Assembly (NCBI RefSeq): GCF_018977255.1
Contig: NW_024704747.1
Location: 25,854,001 to 25,918,000, forward strand
Source: Callorhinchus milii
Lineage: Eukaryota
Direction: 5' to 3'
DNA length: 64,000 bases
Positions 51,796 to 62,130 of this stretch are shown here, one piece after another. The number at the start of each line of letters is the position of its first letter. Positions within the stretch are counted from its first letter, which is position 1. The notes beneath the pieces are model-generated. The model was not told the origin of the DNA. It saw nothing but the letters and a program-made list of their open reading frames with translations, and searched no databases. A program made the position numbers and the translations under genes.

Positions 51796-54268
51796 GGAGA
51801 AATATTCAGGAATCATCAAATCCCCCCCCCCCCCACCCACCCTTTTCCCCTATGGTTTCCCAATATTAATTTATGATCAAATATTTGCAAAGACGTAGAA
51901 TTTAAAAAACAAAAACCCTATTACACAGAATGGAGTTGCTCGGGACAAGTCTGCTCGTGGTATATTTGAAGACTTTTAATTAACATCACCAGGTTTGTTT
52001 GCAAAATGTGGGATCACTGTATTTCGGGTTATTAAAAGCTACACGTGAAATATCCTCGAGTGACTATTTTTTTTCTTGTTTCCATCTGACTGAAATGAGC
52101 ACTGTAGATTATTTTTGGGGGAAAAAACGAATCATTTGGAGTTTGGCTTGTAATTGGGAATAGCATTAGAGTTGCCCTCTCTTTTGCTTCGCAATTTATT
52201 TTTTAAAAAATCTTCTTGTTTTGTACCAAATGCCCGCTTCCGGGACAGTGTTGTATTTTCTATATAATAAAACAGTTTTCTATTAGTTCCTGTGAATTTA
52301 CTGTTTATTACGACCTTGCAGATTTATGCATTTCCCATTATAATTATACCTCGACAATTCTTGTTTCGATACACCGAGTATTCACAATTCTAGGCGGACA
52401 TTAATCGGGCCCCTAATCCAAGAAAGGACCGTTTGGCACATTTCATTCAGGTTTAGCGAACCATTCATTAAAATTATTACATGTTTTCGTAGTTTTGCTA
52501 AAATTCAGTGTTTCAGTTATAGGAAAATAGAACCTCGAGGTCGTCCAAGGTCTCCGTAGATGTTTTTTTAATTTTATTTCTGCCTAAAACCCAACGTACT
52601 AACGTAAGACTTTAGTCAGTGATCATCGGTTTGCATGTTGCGTAAAAGGCGCTATAGTATTCCAAAATTGTGCATATTTTCAATTTAGTCCTGGCTGCAA
52701 TGAGATGTTCAACTGTATTACTAGAATGAAGAGAATTTGATATTAATGAAGCATTCGCTCGAAGCAAATCAGTTTCTGAAGACATTAGTAAACGATGCTT
52801 TTTCTCATAGTCCTAGTGCAATTATAATCCGAAATTGTAGGGTTTTTTTTTTGTGGGAAAGATGCAGTATATAATCTGTGCATGAAATGACATGTTGAAT
52901 TCACCCCACAGCCGTCATAGTGATCACAGGACCAACATATATTAAGATATATATACATATAAGGGCCAACGTATTCATTGTTGGCAATGTCCTTCCGATA
53001 TTTAAGATATTTAACATTGTCATGATGCACTTTGACAATATAACACGACGTAAAAAAAAAGATAATTTGAATCCTTTACACCAAACAAATATTGCTATGG
53101 GATAAGGCTGGCGTTGTATGTGAAAGGACGTAATACCTTTGACACAAGTATTTATTCCATTAAATGTATCGAGAACATCGCATGTATTTGGGGGTATTTT
53201 GTTTGTCTTCCAGTTAGTAGCAGTCACTAACAGCTTCAGGAGTTAAGCGGATAATAGGTGTAAAACGATCGTCAACATGAACTGCTGTGGCAAACTCGGG
53301 GGATCTGATCTAAACTGTTCCGCAGTTCCCCGAAAGTTTAAAAAGTTTCTGTTGCAAGAAGTAAATGTGTTGTGAGGGCTGACAAGTTGATCAGGTTTTA
53401 ACACGATGGGATCATCGGACGAATCATCAAGTTACCAGATATCAACGGATTCTATTGGAGCCAAAGTAAACACAGTGCGACTTAATTAAAGGACATGTTT
53501 ATATTAAAAAAAATGTCGAATCCTTTTCAGAGAGCCAAATCGACACGAGGAAACCCGTTGACACGAAGCTTGACTTCACATGACCGAACCGACCGGACAA
53601 TCTGCGTGATGTGACCGTCAGGTACAATGCATATTTGTTGCATTTATTGCATCTGCATCACATGTAGATCGATTATTTCAATCCCTTGTTTCATTTCCTT
53701 CCCCCCACACACACACACACAAAAAAAAAGTGGCGTTATTTTACCCTTTTTTTTTACCCGGTTGTTTAACATTTCACCATTTTTAAGCCACGTCCTTCGA
53801 CAAAATATTTCAAACGTATACTACTGTGTTCTCAAAAGGTACATTTTGGGGAGGGAGAGGTTGGGGGTGGGGGGTGGGGGGGGGGGGTGGGGAGAGAGGG
53901 GTTGGGGGTGGGGAGTGGGGAGAGAATTTGACGTTTGTGCCTTTGTTTTTCTTTTCCATCATATGGGATTTGGTGTGAAGGGAGAGTTGTTTTTCTTCGT
54001 TGGTGTCCAATGCAACACAGAACGTTATTTAATGCATAAAGTAAAGCTCCGGCAGATGGCATTGCTGCTTCAAAAAGAAAGCACAGTCCAAGTAAAGTAC
54101 ATCCTTCCAACGAGAAACAGTTAGCAATTGGGTTCGTGGGCTGGTTATAGTATTCCGGGAAAACCCAAGAACAGGGTTCAACAGATACTGTTGTTTCAAG
54201 TTGCCCACATCATTGGTATGTGGACAAAGAGGTCTTTGCCGGAAGCAGATGAAGGCCAAGGTCAAGTT

Positions 54269-54409
54269 GGAGAGAGAGAGAGAGATGGGGAGGGGGAGGG
54301 AGGGGGAGAGAGAGAGAGAGAGAGGGATGTGAAGGGGGGAGGGGGCAGGGGGGGGGGGGAGGGGGGGCGTGGAGAGGGGGAGGAAGAGAGAGAGAGAGAG
54401 AAAGGGAGA
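54269..54409. repeat. Polypurine (GA)n/G-run tract
   Basis: About 140 bp that is almost purely G/A on the plus strand. Confidence 0.85.
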
Positions 54410-56409
54410 TGGAAAACAGCAAACCCAAAGCAACTCAACAGCTCCGTGGGATTTATGTGAGAATTTCAATGACTGGAGGTAGCTGAGATTTATAACACAA
54501 ATTCGAAAAACTTTGACGCCGTTGATACATTAATTAATTCAGACTTTTTTGGGGGGATTTTTGCATCGACATGCTGCCGTAACACAGTTATTGTCATGCC
54601 GTGGCCACCCATTTCGTGTTTAACTAAACTGGAAGGGGGAGAAAAAAAACGGTTTCCATTGAAAATAGAAGATTAAATATAAAACAATCTCATCTGACAC
54701 AGCTGAGAATATCAACCTTTCAAGGTGTTTTATTTGAAAAAGGCAATAGTTGATGTAACTTTTTTTTAAAAAAAGATTGTAGCTCTATATTTACACTTGT
54801 CAGGGAGTTTTGATGTATTTGAATAGAAAGTTATATTCGTTCACGTTTTCTTCAAAACTGTTGTCTCATCCAGTTTCAGTGTAAATGTGCTTTGGTCGAT
54901 TTATAAATTGTGTGAAGAAATTACCCGTCAATGACGCCCCTTCCCTCTGGTCCCGCGATGAACATAGTTGAATTGGTTCTCTTGTCCTCACTCGTTTTTA
55001 TTTTGATTCCGTAATATTTTAAAAAGCGGATGACTTAAACTGCAGATGAATACGATGTCAAAGTGCTTACAGTTTCAAAATGTGTACAAACTGGAAGAGC
55101 TCGAAAAGTCAGACGCGAAATGATGTTTGATTCATAAATATAACAGTGCCCTGAAAAGTTGATGATGTCATTTCGGTTTCCAATCGGGCTTACTGTTAAC
55201 TGAAGAAATGTTTGACAAATTTTAAAATTAACTTATCAGAAATATTCACAGCGAAACATAAACGTACTTTCTGGTGCAATTCCTTGCATACTTTTAATTT
55301 CAATGAATTCGACACATTCCGAAATATTAACTGCTTCCCACCGTTATTGCTTTAAACGCAGCTTGAAGTTATGAAGATTAAAAAAGTTATGGTGCACATC
55401 ATATACAAAGCAATTCATTGCAGTGCAAGTTGCAAATCTGATAAATATATCTTTGGATGGGGGAAGGTATTAGCGTAAAATAAACTGCACTGCAAAATCA
55501 ATCAGTTAAAATAAATGCGATATTGCAGTTAGCTTATTTTATCAAATTCATCAGTGAAGTTATTTACTTAACAATTATTCGCTAAAGTGGAATTGACTGT
55601 TACAGGTTATATTAGCTCCGTTGACATTACACAAATCATAAACATGCCATTTTTTGTCAATGTAATGCATAATATTAATACCTGAATGAAACCAGATTAC
55701 ATATAACTGGGTTTAAATTTTGAGCAGGTGAAAGTACCTATGCTATTAAATATGTCCAGATATATCCTCATGAACCTTAAATGGTTAAGTATTAGAACAT
55801 TATATTGAACGTAATTCGTAATTCACGAACAAAAATCTTAAACAGCAGCTAATATCAGATAGAATTTTACTTGCGGTAGAATTGCCACGTTACTTGTGAA
55901 ACCGACCTGCCAGGGAATAGGTGAAGTATGCAGTCGAGAACAGTGAAATTAACGAAATGTGGCTTTCATTTGACAATTAATTAATAATATCACATTACGA
56001 ATACCTGGGTTAATAAGGTGACCCATATCTCACCCATCAGGCGAACGCTTCCACGAGAAATACATAAAGCACAAGGCGGTATTTTGCTCGGATCCAAATG
56101 TGTTGCAAAATCTCTAAAGCTGTTCGATAGTTCCTTCATACTGATTTCTTGTAAGCGACTGGGAACGGTCGCACAATACACCCATTTTTTGTAATACGTT
56201 TTAAAAGTCAAAAGTTGTGAAAGGTTCTTTAAATATAGTGTAGTTTCCCTGTGCGTAATAAATAAACGCGATTGCATTCTGAGTGCACCATATTGTCTGA
56301 TGGACTGTCAGAGTGGGAGGAACAGGAGCATAAATAACGCAACAAATCAAGGCGAATTAGCTCACCTGTTGAACATTTTAGTATTTTTGAAAAGAGCATT
56401 AGCTTCCAA

Positions 56410-56544
56410 CCACACCTCGCTCACAAAATACACAGTCAATCCACTTTACAGTAAATCATGTGAAGCACTTTGAGACATCTCGACATCTCGATACGATGCT
56501 ATATCAAGTGCAAGGATTATTATTATTATTATTATTATTATTAT
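56410..56544 (+). mobile_element. 3' tail fragment of an L2-type SINE/LINE ending in (ATT)n
   Basis: TGTGAAGCACTTTGAGACATC...GCTATATCAAGTGCAAG immediately followed by (ATT)n, which resembles L2-derived 3' ends. Confidence 0.5.
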
Positions 56545-58129
56545 GTGGTATACATGATGATTTCACTGGGGTTGATGTTGGAAGTTTTCAGGGATTATGG
56601 TGTGTAAGAATTAATTGATTTGTGGCAGATGAAGCCATTCCCACATTAGGAAAATTATGCAAGCAATCGTTGAAAACTGTCAAAGAGCACCGATGTGTAG
56701 TAGCATATGGTTGTTTAACACGGTGTGGTCTTCTTATGGGACGTACACTAATTAAATAAGGGTGGGTTATTGTATAGTTTTACCGTGAGACTGGTGCATA
56801 TGATTTTCTACCATGCATTGCAATTGGTCTTCAGCAGGCTAAATGTGACGGGCTTCTTGCAGTTTTCTAGAAAGGATGGTTTGGCAGGCCATACTGAGAT
56901 CAAAGTGTGATCAGTCGATACCTCTTTTGTTCCACTAGACCTGAAGAACATCGGAAGAAAACGGAATGGCCCGTGGGATGAACTATCCTGAACGATTCTA
57001 TTTGACGGACCAGCGACAATTTAGATTATTACGATTTAAGCTCTCACCCAAGAATACATCTCGATGATAAGCAACCCTCCAACTTCTGCTGCGATTTCAC
57101 CACCATCTTTATTTTTCATAACTAAAAGCTGACAAATATGTTACACTTGTTGCCTAAAAATACCATTCAAGTGCCCTCACCCCCAAAATATATTGCTTAC
57201 CGCTGGTGTGTATCATTTACTGGTGAGCTACATGCTTGTGTTGTGTTGTCGAAAACATTGATAACATTATTTTCCCATAGGGTCTTTCAAAGTCTGCCGA
57301 ATTGTTTGACCCTGAAATTGTTTTCATTAAACGTACGGTTGTGCAAACGATTCTAATCAAATTTATTATCGGATGTTATTTCAATCTGCTCAAAATCTAT
57401 GGGGAATGACAAATCTTGCCTATAATACGTCTAAGTTGAATATGTATCTTATAATAATCCTTATGTTATGCATTATCATGTCTGTACTTATCTATGCGTG
57501 TGATTGCCAAGTATTATTCTCTTTCCGACATGTGTATACGCAGCCCCAGGAATTTGATTGATGTTCAACAATTACCGAAATACAATCGATTCCTATACCT
57601 TTTCCAGTCACTTTCCAGTAAGGTACGGTGTGGCGAAACCGTTTCCAGGGCCATGGGTTTTGACCACAATCGGGTTTATGGCAGTCTGTGCCTTTACTTT
57701 CTAGAACATACCGAGTCTCCGATGAATGGAAGCAATTAATGACCTCTACTATAGCAAAGGGGAACGTAACTGGTTAGTAAGAGCTGGAAACATATACAGT
57801 ACCTTCGTCTAATTGTTTGTGTACAGTGGTCAAGAGCAATCTGTTACTATTGACAGACACCTGCTTTGGTTCTGTCGCGCATTCACCAATAAATACACAA
57901 ACAGAACAATACTATTGAAAGGATTGTAGAAAGCTTGGTTCGCGAATCTCATCCAGGCATAGAGTACACACCGGTAAGATTTCACTACCAGAAACTCTGG
58001 AGATATTTGTTTATAAATGTTCTCACATCCACCATCCAGTATTGGAGGTGAAACATTCACATACTCCACTGTTGTGAGTCACTTAATATGGTGTCTGATC
58101 AAATGCAATCCGTACTTACCACAGTACTT

Positions 58130-58230
58130 TATAATATACTTTAAATATAATAAATTTATATATTTATAAATTTAAATATATATACATATATATACTTTAT
58201 ATAAATATATATATACATTTATATATATAC
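58130..58230. repeat. AT-rich low-complexity (TA)n-like tract
   Basis: Direct reading. Confidence 0.8.
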
Positions 58231-58983
58231 TGTACAAGTACTGGGATACTTATACAGTCATACATGGATGGTTAAAATGTTGACTTTTTTATACAAATAA
58301 GTAGAACTGACTAGTTTCTGCTTTTTTCATTTGTCGACGTTAATGTAAGTATATCATCACGTCTAAGTTAGTTTCACTTAACTATGTACATTTATCTGAG
58401 GTAAAATATTATAGTGTTTTGAAAAATATATATGTTTCGAATACGTTTCTTCATGTCAAAATGTTAGAGAATATAAACCCTAATTGCGCACTTAATACAT
58501 TTGACAATTTTATTAAAATATAACATTTGATTACTTTTTACAACATATATAAAATCACTTTCAATTTCGTTAAAGGCATTGGCAGGAAAATCTATACAGA
58601 ATGTCATCTCTTTTAAACATTGAGACTAACCTTATAAATTATTTCATGTCTCAATTATTCACGTGTACTGAATGATCTGCGAGTACCAATGATTGTTCAA
58701 AAAATCAAGCTTGAATTTTCTCTTTGGAATCAAATTAATCTCATGGTTTACACGTTAATTATTTGCCATATGTAGCATAATCAACTGATGGAGCCTTCAA
58801 AACACATCTAGATTACACAACACAATAAGATAAAACATTTGAATTTATTCACTGTTAAAAAAAATGTTTTAAAGAAATACAGTAGACAGGGCAATAACTC
58901 TTCCTGCGTGTCCCAAACCAGGTGAAGGTTCCGTGGTTTCTACCAGTCAAATACGATTTGTATTTAGGTGAAAACGTTCCACT

Positions 58984-59073
58984 TCACAGTCCAGAACCAC
59001 CTGGATTTACCGGTTGTTGAACACGGAGAAGTTTCTTCTCTTTCTGTCGCTGGTTTTGGAACCATATTTTCAC
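58984..59073 (-). CDS. HOXD14: Hox-D14 exon 3 (recognition helix and C-terminus), absent from the ORF track
   Basis: Read by hand: tcttcag|GTG AAA ATA TGG TTC CAA AAC CAG CGA CAG AAA GAG AAG AAA CTT ... TGA = VKIWFQNQRQKEKKLLRVQQPVNPGGSGL*. Intron 178 bp. Confidence 0.93.
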   Translation of the reverse strand: MKIWFQNQRQKEKKLLRVQQPVNPGGSGL

Positions 59074-59251
59074 CTGAAGAGAAGATCGGATCCTTTGAAA
59101 ACAAGAACTCTCACACCACAACATTACAACGGATTTGGTTTTTTTTTTGTGTGTGTTCAAATTAATATACCCACCAGTTGGTAATGAGCAGGCACGTTTT
59201 TTTTAAAGAGAAAAAAATAATTCTGCAAATCCAATATGAAAGCTTTCTTAC

Positions 59252-59433
59252 CTGCCTTTCCGTTAAGCCTAACTTCAACGAAATGTTTAATCGAATTTCA
59301 GGGGTGAGGAACCGATTATTTTCGAATGCCTTTTCCAGTTCGGTGATTTGTAGTTTGCTGTAAGGGATCCGCTTTTTTCTTTGTCTATTTACCTGGTTCT
59401 GCGACGTTGACCATTGAGAAGCAAATCCTAATG
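59252..59433 (-). CDS. HOXD14: Hox-D14 exon 2 (homeodomain residues 1-44)
   Basis: RQRKKRIPYSKLQITELEKAFENNRFLTPEIRLNISLKLGLTERQ followed by phase-0 donor CAG|GTAAGA. Acceptor at 59433 or 59427. Confidence 0.92.
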
Positions 59434-59503
59434 CTGAGGAAACACAGACATTGATCATATCTTAATTTATCTCGGCTAAAAAAAATGAAATTCACTCCTA
59501 TCT

Positions 59504-59535
<32 letters not shown>

Positions 59536-60146
59536 TTTGTCTCACACATTCAATACGTATTTTATTAAAGAAATAATATCGTTGACTAACTTTTTAGAAA
59601 ATGTTATTGACAAATGAATCTTCAATTATATTTGATGTGACAGCAAAGACTAATATCAATCGTTTCCAAAGTATTCAAAAAATTGGAGTTTAATGGGATG
59701 CGTAATTAATGTAAAAACTTTATCCAGTACCATACTTTACACTATTTTTTCTGAAGACTTACGTTACGTTTCTTTTTTGCGATTAGATCTTTAACATTTT
59801 GACAAATATTTGATGTGAATTATGTGGATATTTAATTGTGTTGTACTTTAAAAACAACTGATCGTGTTCAGTAGACTTTGTGAGAACTGTAATTATTTTA
59901 GAAAATTATTTACTGGGACTTTTTCTTTACACAAGAATAACAACACTAGTAACTAGAAACAGCAAAAATAAATATCTACGGATATAAAACACAAGCAAAG
60001 GTAACAGAAAAAACAAAGGCCCGGATGTTGTCAGACCTACTTAATGAAAATCCTGGAATTATTTCATTTCCGGATACACATTACAAAGATTATTTGAAGT
60101 GTTTAACTGATACAGAAACGTAGGAGAATGTTGTTGTCAGACCGAC

Positions 60147-60675
60147 CTAAAGCCCTTGAGACACTGGGCATTGCAGTGTTGAATGCTCCTCCTGAAATAG
60201 GTGCTCCATAGTACTGAGAGTGGCTAAAGGCAGACGTGCCCAGACTGTTGTGATCTGTTTGGTTCTGCACAGGTGCAGCCCGGGGATACTCTAAAGGCCA
60301 GTGCTGATAAATTTGGGTGCCTGTGGGATATTCACCTCTTGTGCACGGGTTGTGGCGGTGGCTGACAAACGAAGATATATGACTGTCGCTTTGAAACTGG
60401 TTTGGAGCGATTCGACCTGCCTCAGGTGACAGAGCAACTATCTCCCGTTCTGCGCCTCCGTACGATCCGCAGGTCGCAATATCTTCGGGGTACAAACCGT
60501 GGCACCTGCCACTCGCTGTGGCTTTAAAGGACGGGGGAATCATAGAAGAGGAAAATCCAAAATTAGTAGAAAGTACTGGTATCATCTCCATAGGCCGAAT
60601 TCCATCCTGGAGTGTCCCGGTTTTATCGCTAGATGTCTCTAATGTCAGCTTGTACTGCAGAGCGGTAGAATCCAT
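60147..60675 (-). CDS. HOXD14: Hox-D14 exon 1 (protein about 264-266 aa)
   Basis: ATG-initiated ORF about 0.7 kb upstream of the homeobox exon, rich in Ser/Pro/Tyr/His. Phase-1 donor TTAG|GTCGGT joins exon 2 in frame. Confidence 0.85.
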
Positions 60676-61808
60676 CCGACAAGTGAACTAAAATACTCCC
60701 GTTTGCTTCTGTCCGCTTTTAAAATAAAACCTGCCTGAAGTTTCTTCTGTCGTTACTTGTCGGCGTAAATTCCTCTTTGTCCCAAGTTTTGAGAAGGAAA
60801 TGCGTGCACAGGCGCTGAGCAAACAATTCAACCACCTAGAAATGGCGCTGGGCTATCCATTAAGTGTACACACTCACCCTGATCCAAACTACCTGATCTT
60901 TTTTATTGCCGTAACTCTACTGCAGTTGGTAAATAGAGCACAGTGTAGACTCTTTGCAAATTAAACTTTGGTGAACAAACGTCAAGGACACGACTGGATT
61001 ACAGAAGGGCACAGTTGTACTGTAGCTATTATACTCTTTCCCCCAAGGTCAATGCTGGCTTTTGAGTTAATTTCATACCCATTTGCACTTTGAGTTCCTC
61101 GTATGACTTTTCTCCGGGTGATTTTAAGTTGCATTTGATTGTTCAGTGCATATATTTACAAACAGGATGTTTTAATTAGACTTCTGTACCAGGAACGCTA
61201 ATTTGGATAAGAATCGTGAACTGGAAACTGGAATAAACCTTCTTCGTGACATTGTAACTTGCGTCAGACAAAAAGCATTTAAGGCGCTTTTATTGCCTGC
61301 TATAACCCTTAATGCTTTAGAATTACACCTCGCGGCACATACATTAGACGATCGAACAAATATTTAGTCTATTGCAGTAAACCTTCTTTGAGCTGGGTAA
61401 AGTGAACTACTGCCATGTAATGAAACCTAGTTTAATCTGCCCGTTTACCTTTGTTTTTTACCAGCTTTGTGACTACTCGGTCTAATCAAAGCTTTCCAAA
61501 AAGTATTACAGGTAATTAAAGATTGGATGACTGAAAGTTTAGATTTGAAAACGCTACAAATTATTTTCCAGATGAATACGCCTCGCCACCGACTATGTAT
61601 CAATGGTAGCTTCATTAATCGATATTATGGCAATGTCATAGACTAGAGGACTGATATCATTCTGAAGTTTGAAATCTGTCAGCAATTAATCTTTGACCTT
61701 CAACACACCGATTCAATTCATGCAGTACATCGAAACGAGTTTCAGTAGGCTAAATATTAACAAATTTATTGAACCAAAATGTTAAATTCAATCTTCATTT
61801 TCCCCTTA

Positions 61809-62130
61809 GGTGTCAGTCTGAGTCAATTGGTGGCGCTCTCACCTCTGGTTCGGAAGGTTATGAGTTCAAGTCCCACATGGGGACTGTTGAGTGTGCAGAC
61901 TAGATTGGCATTCCAGCGCAATGTTGGGGGCGGACTGCGTTGATGTGGGTTCAGTAAATTGGATGAAATATTAAACTGAAATCCCATCTGCCTGGTTAGG
62001 TCCCATAGCCCTCTTTCAAAAGAGCAGGGAATCTCTCCTACTGCCCTCACCAAACAACCACCCGATTAAAAAATCATTAACTCCATTACCGTTTGTGTAA
62101 TATGGCAGTATAAAAATTGACTGCCTTTCT
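61809..62130 (+). mobile_element. Degenerate tRNA-derived SINE with Deu-domain-like core (shark DeuSINE/SacSINE1-like)
   Basis: Pol III A-box-like TGAGTCAATTGG and B-box GAGTTCAAGTCC, then GGATGAAATATTAAACTGAAATCCCATCTGCC...TCCCATAGCCCTCTTTCAAAAGAGCAGGGA, resembling the Deu core. Family name is from memory, not from a search. Confidence 0.75.

Noticed and set aside
53627-54469. Long ORFs of 110-165 aa (also 9344-11534)
   Set aside because: They run through poly-G, GA and trinucleotide repeats and give low-complexity translations.
59162-59251. Hoxd14 as a truncated pseudogene (the ORF continues VRKLSYW...)
   Set aside because: That continuation is intron. A consensus donor and an intact third exon restore the homeodomain.
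60831-60850. CTCF site upstream of Hoxd14 (CCACCTAGAAATGGCGC)
   Set aside because: It needs insertions inside the core motif.
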